Source: Candidatus Krumholzibacteriia bacterium
Lineage (GTDB): Bacteria; Krumholzibacteriota; Krumholzibacteriia; JAJRXK01
Direction of reading: 5' to 3'
Assembly: GCA_041484665.1 (NCBI GenBank)
Contig: JBGPIA010000015.1
Coordinates: 57,642 to 121,641, forward strand
Length of the DNA stretch: 64,000 nucleotides
Shown here: in pieces, positions 20,179 through 31,697 of the stretch
Layout of the letters: each line of letters begins with the position of its first letter
Position numbering within the stretch: position 1 is the stretch's first letter
Translations under genes and position numbers: made by a program
Notes under the pieces: model-generated
Database searches by the model: none
The model's input: only the letters and a program-made list of their open reading frames with translations
What the model was told of the DNA's origin: nothing

Positions 20179-20253
20179 GGGCAAGGACCTCCCGCGCAGC
20201 GCCCCGGCTCCCCCCAGTGCTGTGCCGGGCCGTTGCGACGCTGCGTAGAGCCC

Positions 20254-20269
20254 TGCGAAGGGCATGCCG
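20254..20269 (-). promoter_or_regulatory. Putative sigma54 -24/-12 promoter of the lipoprotein gene
   Basis: Minus strand reads cGG-catgcccttc-GCa (GG-N10-GC), about 75 nt upstream of the ATG at 20178. Confidence 0.5.
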
Positions 20270-20467
20270 CACCCGACACTGCGCGGCAGCGCGTGCGATC
20301 ACTGCGGACGGTTGCGCAATCGCTTTCGGGGAGCCAGCCGCCCGGACCGGCGGCCACAAAGCCCTGGACGGCACGGATGGCAGGAGAGGGCCAAGGATCG
20401 GAGCTGACAACACGCGGGCGAGGCGGTGCCGACGGCGCACGGTGGCAGGGCCGTGCGCGCTGACCAC

Positions 20468-21805
20468 TCAAAACGTGACGGTGAACTCCGCCCCCCCGTC
20501 ACGCCCCTCCAGTGCGAACTCGAATCGATGGGCGACGAGGATCTCGCGCACGAGCGTGAGGCCGATCCCCTGACCGTTCTCCTTGGTGGTGAAGAACGGA
20601 GCGAAGAGCTGGTCGCGCACCGCCGGCGGGATGCCGCCGCCCGAGTCCTCGATCGCCACCCGGGCGCGCCCGCCCACCCGCGCCAGGCGCAGGGTGATCG
20701 TCCCCCGCTCGCCGATCGCCTCCGTGGCGTTCTTCAGCACGTTGAGGAACACCTGCTCCATCTGGGCCGGATCCATCAGCAGCTCGGGCGGCTCCTGCTC
20801 GACCGCCCAGCGCAGCTCGATGGCCCGGCGGCGCGCGTCGATGGCCAGCAGCGCGACGACGCCCTCCAGCAGCCGCCGCAGGTCGGTGGGACGGCGATGT
20901 GGCGGCGGCAGGCGCACCACGTCGGCAAACCCCTGCATGAAGTCGCTCATGCGGCGCGTGCGGCCGATGGCGACCTCCAGCGCCTGGGCGAACTCGCCGC
21001 GGTCGGGCTCGCGCAGCTGCCCGCCGTAGGAGAGGCAGGCGTGCAGCAGCGACGCCACCGCACCGGTGGTGTTGTTTACCTCGTGGGAGAGCATGCGGAT
21101 GAGCTTCTCGTAGGCGGCCTTCTCGGAGCGCCGCAGCTCCTCGGTGAGCTCCTCGAGCATGAGGAAATCGCGCGGGAAGCCCCGGTCCATGAAGCGGGAG
21201 CGCTGGCACTTCACACGGCGGCGGCCTTGCAGCGGGAGGACCTGCGGCTCGTCCAGCGGCAGCTCCTGCAGCCGTCGCGCGAACGAGCTGCCGAGCTCGT
21301 CCAGGCGCACCCCCTGCAGAGCGGGACCGGCCGCGCCCACCAGGCGCTCCGCCGCCGGGTTCGTTGCGGCAATGCGCCCGTCGAAGTCGAGGACGACCAC
21401 GCCCGATGGGGAGGCCGCGAGGATGCGATCGAGGAATAGGTGCTGCTCCTGCTGGCGAGTGCGCTCCTCGCGCAGGTGATCCACCATCGTGTTGTAGAGG
21501 TCGACGAGTTGGTCGACCTCGGGCTGGCCCACGGGGCGCAGGCGGCTGGTGAAGTCGCTCTCCCGCAACAGCTCGGCGCCGGAGCGTGCCAGCTCCAGTG
21601 GGGCGATGGTCGCGCGCAGCAGTCGCAACGCCGTGACGAAGGACACCGCGAAGAGCGCCTCGACGGCCAGCAGCCAGACGCGGTGGCCGCGCAGGAACGC
21701 CACGCTCGCCGCAGCAAACACCAGATGGAGCAGCACGAGGTAGAGCAGGAACCGGCGGCGCAGGCTGCCACCCCTGCTGCGAGTTCGGCTGGGGCGTGCG
21801 CTCAC
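20468..21805 (-). CDS. Sensor histidine kinase (TM-HAMP-PAS-HisKA-HATPase)
   Basis: LSHEVNN, NVLKNA, DSGGGI and FFTTKENGQGIGL. The GTG start overlaps the upstream TGA. Confidence 0.93.
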   Translation of the reverse strand: MSARPSRTRSRGGSLRRRFLLYLVLLHLVFAAASVAFLRGHRVWLLAVEALFAVSFVTALRLLRATIAPLELARSGAELLRESDFTSRLRPVGQPEVDQLVDLYNTMVDHLREERTRQQEQHLFLDRILAASPSGVVVLDFDGRIAATNPAAERLVGAAGPALQGVRLDELGSSFARRLQELPLDEPQVLPLQGRRRVKCQRSRFMDRGFPRDFLMLEELTEELRRSEKAAYEKLIRMLSHEVNNTTGAVASLLHACLSYGGQLREPDRGEFAQALEVAIGRTRRMSDFMQGFADVVRLPPPHRRPTDLRRLLEGVVALLAIDARRRAIELRWAVEQEPPELLMDPAQMEQVFLNVLKNATEAIGERGTITLRLARVGGRARVAIEDSGGGIPPAVRDQLFAPFFTTKENGQGIGLTLVREILVAHRFEFALEGRDGGAEFTVTF

Positions 21806-23175
21806 GATCGCAGGCCGTACTTCTCCAGCCGCCGGTAGAGTGCCGCGCGGCTGAGCCCCAGGGCAAGGGCGACCTTGCTGACGTTGCCCCCGTGGTGCTC
21901 GAGGCTCTTGCGGATCATGGCTTTCTCGAGGGCCTCGATGGTCATGCTGCCAACGGCGGGCAGGCGAGGGTCGCCGTGCTCGGTGGACTCCATCTGCAGG
22001 CCCACCTGCAGGTCCTCCGCCGCGATCTCGCAACGGTCGGAGACCAGCACCGCCCGCTCGATCAGGTGGCGTAGCTGCCGCGCGTTTCCCGGCCAGGCAT
22101 ACCCGCGCATCCACCGCTGCGCCGCCGCGCCCAGCAAGAGCCCCGCGCGGCCGTAGGTCGCGGCCGCCTGGGCGAGGAAGTGGCGCGCCAGCAGCGGGAT
22201 GTCATCGGGGCGCTCGCGCAGCGGTGGCAGGTGGAGCGCGATCAGGTTGAGCCGGTACAGCAGATCCTCCCGGAAGCGCCCCTCCTCGACCGCTGCCTTC
22301 AGGTCGCGATTGGTCGCTGCGATCACCCGCAGATCCAGACCGACGGGACGGCTGGAGCCCAGCGGCTCCATCTGGCGGTCCTGCAGCACGCGCAGCAGCT
22401 TGACCTGGCAGCTCGCCTCCAACTCCCCCACCTCGTCGAGGAAGATCGTCCCGCCGATCGCCAGCGCGAACCGCCCCACCCGGTCGCGGCGCGCGTCGGT
22501 GAAGGCGCCCTTCACGTGCCCGAACATCTCGCTCTCGAACAGCGCCGGCGGAACTCCACCCAGGTTGACCTTCACGAAGGGGCCGGCGTGGCGCAGGCTG
22601 TTGCGATGGATCGCCGCGGCCACCAGCTCCTTGCCCGTACCGCTCTCGCCCGTGATGAGCACCGAAGCGTCGGTGCGGCTGACCCGCCCCGCCACCTCCA
22701 ACATCGCGAGCAGCCGAGGGTCGCGCCCAAGGATCTCGCGGAAGTCGTAGGCCAGGTCGAGCTCCTCGCGCGTGCGCGTGCGCGCCTCGCGCGCGCCGCT
22801 GCGGGTGGCCGCCAGCCCCAGCGTCGTGCGCACCGACTGCAGCAGCTGCTCGTTGGTCCACGGCTTAGTGATGAAATCGGCGGCTCCGGCCTTCATGCCG
22901 GCCACGGCCAGGGCGATGGAGCCCCAGGCCGTGATCAGGATCACCGGGAGGTCGGGCCGGCGCGCGCGGATGCGCTCGAGCAGCGCCAGACCCTCCGCGC
23001 CGGTGGTGCCCCGGGAGAAGTTCATGTCCTGCAGAATCAGCGCGAGCTCGGGCCGGGAGAGCTCGGTCAGGGCCGCCTGCGGGCCGGCCACCGGCAGCGG
23101 CGCGTAGCCCGCCTGCTTGAGGACGAGGCCCAGCGAGTGGCGGACCGAGGCGTCGTCGTCGACGATCAGGATCAT
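21802..23175 (-). CDS. Sigma54-dependent NtrC-family response regulator
   Basis: Receiver domain (IVDDD, QDMNF, KP), GESGTGKE, GAFTDA, FLDEVG, WPGNARQL and a Fis HTH. Confidence 0.96.
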   Translation of the reverse strand: MILIVDDDASVRHSLGLVLKQAGYAPLPVAGPQAALTELSRPELALILQDMNFSRGTTGAEGLALLERIRARRPDLPVILITAWGSIALAVAGMKAGAADFITKPWTNEQLLQSVRTTLGLAATRSGAREARTRTREELDLAYDFREILGRDPRLLAMLEVAGRVSRTDASVLITGESGTGKELVAAAIHRNSLRHAGPFVKVNLGGVPPALFESEMFGHVKGAFTDARRDRVGRFALAIGGTIFLDEVGELEASCQVKLLRVLQDRQMEPLGSSRPVGLDLRVIAATNRDLKAAVEEGRFREDLLYRLNLIALHLPPLRERPDDIPLLARHFLAQAAATYGRAGLLLGAAAQRWMRGYAWPGNARQLRHLIERAVLVSDRCEIAAEDLQVGLQMESTEHGDPRLPAVGSMTIEALEKAMIRKSLEHHGGNVSKVALALGLSRAALYRRLEKYGLRS

Positions 23176-23205
23176 GATCCCCCGTCCGCCAGCGCGCGAT
23201 ATCGT

Positions 23206-24417
23206 CTAGTCGTGCTGCAGGGCCGCCGCGGGTTGGACGCGCGTGGCCATCCAGCTGGGATAGAGCCCGCACAGCGCCACGAGCCCAAACAGCAGGGCCA
23301 CGGCCTCCGCCAGACCGTACACGTAGACCCGCGCGGGGAGGAAGTCCAACACGCGCAAGATCGGCAGCTGGACGAAGAGCAACGCGCCCAGGCCCATGGC
23401 CAGAGCCGCGATCATGAGCACCTCGCCCAGCACCTGCCGCTGGACCGCGCGGCTGGTGGCCCCCAGCGCCCGTCGCAGCCCCAGCTCGGCCGTCCGGCGC
23501 GTCACATTCTGCCACAGGACGCCTGTGAGGCCGAAGCCCACCATCAGCACGAGGAAGCCGGCGAGGGTCGCCAGGATCACCAGCGGGAGCAGGTAGAAGC
23601 GCAGCCGGACCTCGCGCTCGTGCTCTAACGTGTCGGCCCGCAGGCTCCAGGTGGGGACGACGCGCTGCAAGCTCGTCAGCAGCTCGCGCTCGAAGCTCGC
23701 CGTGGTGCCCGGGCGAACGCGCACCAGCAGCTCGCGGGGCGGCAGATCCGCGATGTCATCCATCCGGGCTGGATAGTACCCGACGAAGGGTGCCGCGAGG
23801 ACCTCGCCGTGGCGCCGGTAGTCCTGGAACACCCCGACCACTCGGAAATCGGTCCGGGTCGAATCCGCATCGGCACGGGTCCGCAGCCGCTCGCCCAGGG
23901 GAGCCGCGTTGCCGAAGCGGGCCAGCGCTAGATTGCGCGAGATCACCACCGGTACCCATCCCAACCCCCGGTCGCCCTCCCCGAACCAGCGGCCTGCGAG
24001 CAGGCGCAGGCCCAACGCGCGCGGCAGGTCGTCGGTCGCCGGACCGAACTGCACGTCCATTTCCTGGCCGGCGATATCGAAGGTCCAGGAGCTGGTGCTG
24101 GTCGAGTAGGGAGAATTGTCCATCAACGCTGCGGCCTCGACGCCTTGGAGCTGGCGGGCCTCCTCCAAGACGCGGCGCAGGCCCTGCAGGACATCGCGTC
24201 GCTGCTCCTGCGGTGCCCGGTAGTATTGCCAGGAGCCGACCTGCACGTGCCAGGTGTCCCGGTACTCAAAACCCCGCGGCCGGTGCCAGTTGTCCAGCAT
24301 GAAGGCCACGCCCGTGCCGACGGCGCAGAGCACCAGGAAGCAGACGAGCATCTCGGCGAAGATCAGCGCGCTCGAGCGCTTGCGGTTCCAGACGAGACGG
24401 AAGAGATGACGGATCAC
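23206..24417 (-). CDS. ABC transporter permease (MacB/FtsX family)
   Basis: VIRHLFRLVWNRKR N-terminus, RRTAELGLRRALGA and YPSWMATRVQPAAAL. Confidence 0.93.
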   Translation of the reverse strand: MIRHLFRLVWNRKRSSALIFAEMLVCFLVLCAVGTGVAFMLDNWHRPRGFEYRDTWHVQVGSWQYYRAPQEQRRDVLQGLRRVLEEARQLQGVEAAALMDNSPYSTSTSSWTFDIAGQEMDVQFGPATDDLPRALGLRLLAGRWFGEGDRGLGWVPVVISRNLALARFGNAAPLGERLRTRADADSTRTDFRVVGVFQDYRRHGEVLAAPFVGYYPARMDDIADLPPRELLVRVRPGTTASFERELLTSLQRVVPTWSLRADTLEHEREVRLRFYLLPLVILATLAGFLVLMVGFGLTGVLWQNVTRRTAELGLRRALGATSRAVQRQVLGEVLMIAALAMGLGALLFVQLPILRVLDFLPARVYVYGLAEAVALLFGLVALCGLYPSWMATRVQPAAALQHD

Positions 24418-24439
24418 GGTCGCCTCCCAAGACGATGGG

Positions 24440-25678
24440 CTAGTGGATCTGCAGCGCGGCAACGGGATGCAGGCGTGACATGCGCCACGCCGGATAGACG
24501 CCCGAGAGCACGCCGAAGAACACGGCCAGCACGAGAGCGCCGGCGAAGACGCGCACGTTCAGGGTGAACCGCGCGTAGGGGACCAGACCCGTGTGGCCGA
24601 TCCAGTTCAGGATGAAGAGCGACACGACGAGCCCGATGGCTCCGCCGACCAGGCACAGCAGGACGTTCTCCAGCACGAACTGGCGCACCAGGGTCGCCGG
24701 CGATGCCCCGAACGCCTTGCGCACCCCGATCTCACTGCTACGCTCGTAGATGCGGCTCATATTGATGCTGACGAGGTTCATGGTGGGCAGAAGCATAAAC
24801 AGCAGCATCCCGACCCCCAGCAGCCCGATGAACTGCCCCAGCCGGCTCTCGCCGGGGCGCGCTCCCAGCAGCTCGGAGGGCAGCTGCTCGTAGGACGTCA
24901 GCAGCGCCCCGCGCATGGAGTCGTAGGCCTGGGGATCGGGGAGCTCGACGCGGAGCAGCCGCTGCTGGAACTCCTCCTTCAGCCGCGGGAAATCGCGGCG
25001 GTCCTTGGCGAGCACCATGGCCTGGAAACCGTGCATGAACTCGCTGCGGTACTGCTGCGAGGGGGACGTGCCGATGGGAACCCATATGTCGGAGAATGCG
25101 ATGGCCCGGTCGGCCGGCACGTTCTCCACCACGCCCACGACCCGGAAGCTGCGGCCGCCCAGATCGATGCTTTGACCGACCGCCGGGGCGCCGTCGCCGA
25201 GCAGGCGGTGGCGGGTTGCGGCATTGATCACGGCGACCGGGTTGGCGTCGTGATCGTCCTGGGCGCTGAAGGGCCCGCCTTCCAGGAAGCGGAAGCGGAG
25301 GATCCGCCAGAAGTCCCCGTCGGTCCGCTTGAGCTTGCACTCCACCCTCTGCTCGCCGACGTAGGAGACTGCAGTGGCCTGCTCGCTGAGAATCGATACC
25401 GCTTCGACGCCCGGCAGCGTTCGTACGTAGCGGTCCAGGAACGCGTAGCCTGGATTGCCGGAGGTGCGGTTGTCCGGGCCCGACATCTCCACGGAGGTCA
25501 AGCGCAGCGTGCGGTCCAGGTGATTCTCCGGCGGCAGCGGGGCGACGGCGTGGTCGAGCAGCGCCACCAGCACCGTCAGCACGACGAGCGTGAAGCTGAT
25601 GCAGGAGAGACTGACGGCGGCGAAGAACTTCCGCCGCATCAGCACGCGGAATCCGATCTTGATGATGTTGCCGAGCAT
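24440..25678 (-). CDS. ABC transporter permease (MacB/FtsX family)
   Basis: ERSSEIGVRKAFGA and YPAWRMSRLHPVAAL. Confidence 0.93.
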   Translation of the reverse strand: MLGNIIKIGFRVLMRRKFFAAVSLSCISFTLVVLTVLVALLDHAVAPLPPENHLDRTLRLTSVEMSGPDNRTSGNPGYAFLDRYVRTLPGVEAVSILSEQATAVSYVGEQRVECKLKRTDGDFWRILRFRFLEGGPFSAQDDHDANPVAVINAATRHRLLGDGAPAVGQSIDLGGRSFRVVGVVENVPADRAIAFSDIWVPIGTSPSQQYRSEFMHGFQAMVLAKDRRDFPRLKEEFQQRLLRVELPDPQAYDSMRGALLTSYEQLPSELLGARPGESRLGQFIGLLGVGMLLFMLLPTMNLVSINMSRIYERSSEIGVRKAFGASPATLVRQFVLENVLLCLVGGAIGLVVSLFILNWIGHTGLVPYARFTLNVRVFAGALVLAVFFGVLSGVYPAWRMSRLHPVAALQIH

Positions 25679-25717
25679 GCGATCCTCCCGGGCGGAGTGT
25701 GCGCCGCGACGGCCGCC

Positions 25718-26469
<752 letters not shown>

Positions 26470-26473
<4 letters not shown>

Positions 26474-27726
26474 CGCAGGGCCACCTCCTCCTGATGCAGG
26501 TGATCGCTCATGTCCGAGACGATGACTTCGTCTCCCTCCGCCAGGCCGGAGACGACCTCGTACTGCTCGAAGCTGGCCAGCCCCAGCTCGATGCGCGTGC
26601 GCAGCGCGCGGTCGTGGCGGATCACGAACGCGACCGTGGTGCCGTCGGGGGCCCCGAAGCTCCCGCGTGGGAGCAGCAGCACGCCGGGCTTGCTTGCCAC
26701 CACCGCGTAGACGTCCACGCGCAGGTTGGGCCGCAGGTGCGGGTTGCGTCCGTTCCGCAGCGCCACCTCGAAGGTGATCGCTCCATTGTCCACGGCGGGA
26801 TGCACGCTGCTGATCTCGCCCGGCTCGATCGCATCACCGATCCGCACCCGGGCGGGCATGCCGGCGCGCAGGCTGCCGGCGTGTACATCCGAGACCGTGG
26901 CCTGTACGCGGAAGGAGCCCAGGTCGGCGACGCGGGCCAGCACGTCTCCCTTGCGCACGGCTGCGCCCTCGCTGGTCACGACCCAGGTGAGCACGCCGTC
27001 GCGGTCGGACACGGCCGCGGCCAGCTGCAGCTCGTGCTCGGCTTCCGCGCGCTGCTTGCGCAAGATCTTCATCTCCAGGGCGAGCCCCTCTCTGCGCACG
27101 GCGTGATCGCGTTCGGCCGTGGTCAACGATGCCTGCAGCTGCTCGAGCTCGATGCGCGCCCGGTCGACGTCGGTATCCGACTTGCGCGCCGCGTCCTCGG
27201 TAGTGAGCCCGCCCTCGAACAGCGTGCGGTTGCGCGTGGCGGTGAATTGCAGCGACTTCAGCTCCAGGGCCTTGATGTCACACTGGCGGTGGAGGCTGCT
27301 GCGGGTGCTCTCCAGCTCGAGGGCGATGCGCTGCTGCTCGTTGGCCTTCAGGGCGATCTGGTCATCGAGGGTGTCGACCGCCAGGCGGGATGCGCCCACG
27401 TCCAGCTCGACGATCGGCTCCCCCTTGGCGATGGTGGCCCCGGGCTCCTTGAGAATGCGCGTGATGCGCGTGTCGACCGGGCTGGCCAGGATCTGCTCGA
27501 ACTGCGGCACGATCACACCGGTGGCGCTAAGCGTCGCCTCGATCGGGCCGCGCACGACGCGGGCGGTGCGGATGCGGCTGCGGCGCACCGAGGGCTGCAT
27601 CCAACCCGCGGCCAGCGCCAGCAGCGCGATCGCCACCAGCGATCCGCCCAGGACGAACGAGCCCGTGCGCAGGCGCCGCTGCAGGAGCAGGCGGGAATCG
27701 AGGGGCCGGTCCATTGCGTCGGTCAT
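26470..27726 (-). CDS. Efflux periplasmic adaptor (MacA/HlyD family)
   Basis: N-terminal TM helix, lipoyl-like half motifs, long coiled coil, and EVVSGLAEGDEVIVSD. Confidence 0.92.
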
Positions 27727-27739
27727 GATCCAGTGCTAC

Positions 27740-27847
27740 AGCAACGACCGTGCTCGGACGGAACTGGTTGATTGCGTAGAAGTTGCGAGGTTGGGCGCGT
27801 GGCGCTGCTGTTCGTCTTCGCACACGCGCTGTCCGGAGACGGACAGC
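27740..27847 (-). promoter_or_regulatory. Sigma54-type regulatory region: -24/-12 variant, IHF-like site and two palindromic activator sites
   Basis: Minus strand GAGCAC-ggtcg-TTGCT (27755-27740) and AATCAAccagTTC (27773-27761). Palindromes TGTTCG-N4-CGCACA (27809-27824) and GCTGTCCG-N4-CGGACAGC (27828-27847). Confidence 0.55.
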
Positions 27848-28108
27848 CGACGGTGGGCCGTGCGGCGGGGATACGGTAGACTCACCTGCCACGTCCGGGG
27901 TGCGCGGGATCAGCGCCGGGTCAGCGCGGCGCCAGCGAGGGAGGCGCTAGCAAGGGACCGACGCGGGGCCGCGCACTGCCAACGCAGAGCCAGCGCGGGC
28001 CGGCGTCGAGCCCCCCGGACAACCAGCGGCGGACTGGCGTCGAGTCCGTGACGGCAGCCCTGCGGCCGGCGACTCCCCCCGTCCCATTGCGCCCGCGGGC
28101 GTTTCCCG

Positions 28109-30550
28109 ATGCGTGAGAAGCTCGCCCACTACCAGATCGTCCGGCTGCTCGGCGAGGGCGGCATGGGCGTGGTGTACGCGGCGCGCGACGAGCGCCTGGG
28201 CCGCATGGTCGCCATCAAGACCATCCGCGAGTCCACCTCCGACACCCAGGCGCGCCAGCGCCTGTGGCGGGAGGCCCGCGCCGCCGCCAGCGTCAACCAC
28301 CCCAACATCTGCCAGGTCTACGAGGTCGGCGAGGAGGACGGCGAGCTCTACATCACCATGGAGCTGCTGGAAGGAAGCCCGCTGGCCGCGCGCATCGCCC
28401 AGGGCCCCCTGCCGCCCGACGAGGCGATCGAGCTGGCGCTGGGAATCCTCGCGGCCCTCGAAGCGCTGCACCAGCGCGACGTCATCCACCGCGACCTCAA
28501 ACCGACCAATGTCTTCCTGACGCCGCATGGTGTGAAGCTCCTGGACTTCGGGCTGGCGCGGCCGGTGCGCGCCGACCTGCTGCACACCGACGTGCGCCTG
28601 ACCATGCCCGGCGTCGCCGTGGGCACGCCGCGCTACATGGCACCCGAGCAGTGGACCGATGTGGAGGCGGCCCCCGCGTGCGACCTGTTCGCCGCCGGGG
28701 CGCTGTTGTTCGAGATGCTCACGGGCAAGCCCGCCTTCGGCGGCCAGACGCTGCTGGAGGTCTACCACGCCATCGTCCACGAGGAGCCGCCCGCATTGGC
28801 CGGAGGGCAGGAGGTCATGGCGCTCGACCGCGTGCTGCAGCGCGCGCTGGCCAAGCGCCCGCAGGACCGCTACCCCAGCGCGGCGGCCATGGCGGACGAG
28901 CTGCGCTCAGTCTCGCGGCGTCTCGAGTTCGCACCGGTGCGACAGGTGCGGGCCATGAAGCGGCTGATCGTGCTGCCCTTCCGCCTGCTGCGGCCCGATC
29001 CCGAGATCGAGTTTCTGTCGTTCAGCCTGCCCGACGCCATCACCGTGTCGCTCTCGGGCGTGGACGGGCTGATCGTGCGCAGCAGCGCCACCGCCGCGCG
29101 CTTCGCGGCAGACAGCCCCGACCTCAAGCTGATCGCGTCCGAGGCGGGCGTCGATGCCGTGCTGTGCGGCACGCTCTTGCGCGCGCGCGATCAGGTGCGC
29201 GTGACCACGCAGCTCGTGGAGACCCCGGGCGGGACGCTGCTCTGCTCGCGCGTGTCCCAGGTGGCGCTGCGTGACATCTTCCAGCTGCAGGACGAGATGG
29301 CGGCGCAGATCGTCCAGTCGCTGGCCGTTCCGCTCGGGACGCCGCAGCCGGGCGGCGCGCGTTCCGATCTGTCGCGCAGTCCCAGCGGCGAGCGGCCGGG
29401 CGACTTGGCGCAGGAGGCCCGCCGGCAGCGGGACTCGAGGCGGTCGTTGGATCCGGACGGGCAGCGCGACTCGAGCGAGCCGTTGGATCCGGGTCGGTCG
29501 CAGGGCCCCAGTCACCCGCCGGAGGGTCACCCGCCGGAGGGAGCGCACCTTGCGCTGCCACAGCGTGACGTGCCGGCCAGCTCCAAGGGCTACGAGCTGT
29601 ACCTGCGCGCAAACCAGCTCGCCTACAACATGCGGCTGCTGGCGGAGGCGCGCGACCTGTATGTGGGCTGTCTGAAGGAGGATCCGGGATATGCCCCGGC
29701 GTGGGCCCGCCTGGGGCGCGCGTACCGGGTGATGGCCAAATACGGCCACGGAGAGCCGGACGAGTACTACCGGCTGGCGCAGGAGGCCTTCGACCGGGCG
29801 TTCGCGCTCAATCCCGACCTGACCATCGCGCACAACCTCTACACCAATTTCGAGGTGGAGGCGGGACGCGCGACGCAGTCGATGGTGCGCCTGCTCGCGC
29901 GGGCTGCGGCCAGCCCCGCCGACCCCGAGCTGTTCGCGGGCCTGGTGCTGACGTGCCGCTTCTGCGGGCTGTTGCAGGCCTCCGTCGCCGCGGACCGGCG
30001 CGCTCGCCGTCTCGACCCGGGCGTGCGCACGAGCGTCGCGTTCACGTATTGGATGCTCGAGGACTACCCGAACGCCATGCACTATGACGACGAGCACGAG
30101 CGCTTCGTGCTCCACTACTCGATGCCGATGATCGGCCGTGAGCAGGAGGCCATCGCGCGCTACCGCGAGCAAGAGCTGAGTGGGACCGGACTGGCGGGCA
30201 CCATTGCGCGCGCGACCCGCGCGGCGCTGGAGCACAACCGCGAAGAGTGCGTGGAGGCCGTGCACGTCATCCTGGGCTCGGGATTCCGCGATCCCGAGGG
30301 GCTCATGTTCGCGGCGCGCGGAGTCGCTCGAGTGGGAGACGCGCCGCTGGCGCTGGACATCCTGGGACGCGTCGTCGCAGGCGGGCTGTTCTGCGCGCGG
30401 ACGCTGCGTACCGATCCCGGGCTGGAGTCGCTGCGGGGCGAAGCCCGGTTCGCGGCCATTACTCAGCGCGCGGAGGCCGGCGTACGGGAGGCGGCGGAAG
30501 CCTACGAGCGGGCGGGCGGGGAACGGCTGCTGGGGATGGGAGCGAGCTGA
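28109..30550 (+). CDS. Ser/Thr protein kinase with TolB-N-like and TPR domains
   Basis: LGEGGMGVVY, VAIK, HRDLKPTN, DFG and GTPRYMAPE. Then LIVLPF...VLCGTL...VRVTTQLV and TPR helices. Confidence 0.93.
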   Translation: MREKLAHYQIVRLLGEGGMGVVYAARDERLGRMVAIKTIRESTSDTQARQRLWREARAAASVNHPNICQVYEVGEEDGELYITMELLEGSPLAARIAQGPLPPDEAIELALGILAALEALHQRDVIHRDLKPTNVFLTPHGVKLLDFGLARPVRADLLHTDVRLTMPGVAVGTPRYMAPEQWTDVEAAPACDLFAAGALLFEMLTGKPAFGGQTLLEVYHAIVHEEPPALAGGQEVMALDRVLQRALAKRPQDRYPSAAAMADELRSVSRRLEFAPVRQVRAMKRLIVLPFRLLRPDPEIEFLSFSLPDAITVSLSGVDGLIVRSSATAARFAADSPDLKLIASEAGVDAVLCGTLLRARDQVRVTTQLVETPGGTLLCSRVSQVALRDIFQLQDEMAAQIVQSLAVPLGTPQPGGARSDLSRSPSGERPGDLAQEARRQRDSRRSLDPDGQRDSSEPLDPGRSQGPSHPPEGHPPEGAHLALPQRDVPASSKGYELYLRANQLAYNMRLLAEARDLYVGCLKEDPGYAPAWARLGRAYRVMAKYGHGEPDEYYRLAQEAFDRAFALNPDLTIAHNLYTNFEVEAGRATQSMVRLLARAAASPADPELFAGLVLTCRFCGLLQASVAADRRARRLDPGVRTSVAFTYWMLEDYPNAMHYDDEHERFVLHYSMPMIGREQEAIARYREQELSGTGLAGTIARATRAALEHNREECVEAVHVILGSGFRDPEGLMFAARGVARVGDAPLALDILGRVVAGGLFCARTLRTDPGLESLRGEARFAAITQRAEAGVREAAEAYERAGGERLLGMGAS

Positions 30551-30636
30551 GAGGCGCGGCGCACGAAGAGCGGTTGGTGCCGGTGACAACGGAAGGCTCG
30601 GCGCCGACAGCGCGGTGAACGGTCGCGGAGCGGATG

Positions 30637-31697
30637 CTACGGGACCATGTTGTTCGCCAGCAATTCCCTGTAGATGACGTCCGCGATCACATGGTACCCA
30701 GCCGGACGGCAGTGGCCGTCCTTCTCGTAGTACATGCTCTCCGTCTTCGAAGCCTCTTGCAGCGCGGGCAATGTACTGATGACGAGGACCTGGTTGCGTT
30801 TTCCCCACTCCGCCAATCTCTGTCCCGGGTAGGCGTGCTCCGGCAACCATGGGCCGGCCTGCGGGATGTGCACGATCACGAGGCGAGCTCCGGCAGACTC
30901 CGTGAGCTCCTTGATACGCCCGAGCTCCGCCTCGGCCTTCTGCCACTCCTTCTCGTGGAAGCCGTTCGCCCGGTAGACTTGCTCGAAATCGGGCGGAATT
31001 TCCTTGAGGCGTTGGCGTTCGAGGTACTTGGCCAGAATGACGCGAAAGAAATGGGAATGCAGGTAGAGCTGCGCCCCAATCGGGCCCATGCGCGCGGCGT
31101 CCTTCGTGACCAGGTAGCCGGACGGATCTACTGAGACCGCGTCCAGCCCCAGGTAGGTGTCCACGATATCGTTGGGAAGGAACCCGACCAGCACCAGATC
31201 GGGTCGATATCGCACGCCGTAGTGCTCCAGGAGCATCCGCTCAGGTTCCGGGAAATAGCGACCGACCCCCGTCTTGATGATCTCCACGCGAGGGTGTCCC
31301 CCCCCCCCCCCCGCGCATTGAGCGTCTCCTCGAGCCTGGCCAGATACGTATCCTCGAACAACGCGCCGGCGCCGTAGGTGAAGCTGTCACCCAGCCCTAC
31401 GATCCGGAAAGTCCCCGGCGGCTTCTCGTACGTGTGCTCGACGTCGCGGAAGCCGAAGCTATTGTGCGCATAGACGTAGTCGAACTCGTCGGTGGGCGAG
31501 TGGCCTCGATGCGTGATCGAGGGCTTGGGCTTGTACGGCAAGTAGGGATCGGAGACGTGATCGCCGTACTGGTTGTCCAGGCGCGGCGCCTGGTGCCGCG
31601 CGCGCGTGGTGATTTCCAGGACACCGAAAATGAGCGCCACCGTCACCAGCAGGTACGCGAGGAAGAAGAGTCCGTGCTTGAGGCGACGTGGGATCAT
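30637..31697 (-). pseudogene. Membrane-anchored SGNH/GDSL hydrolase, out of frame at a G15 tract
   Basis: The 5' part has a TM helix, NSFGFRD and GDSFTYG; the 3' part has GFLPND and DGH. The frames join across the homopolymer at 31298-31312. Confidence 0.85.
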
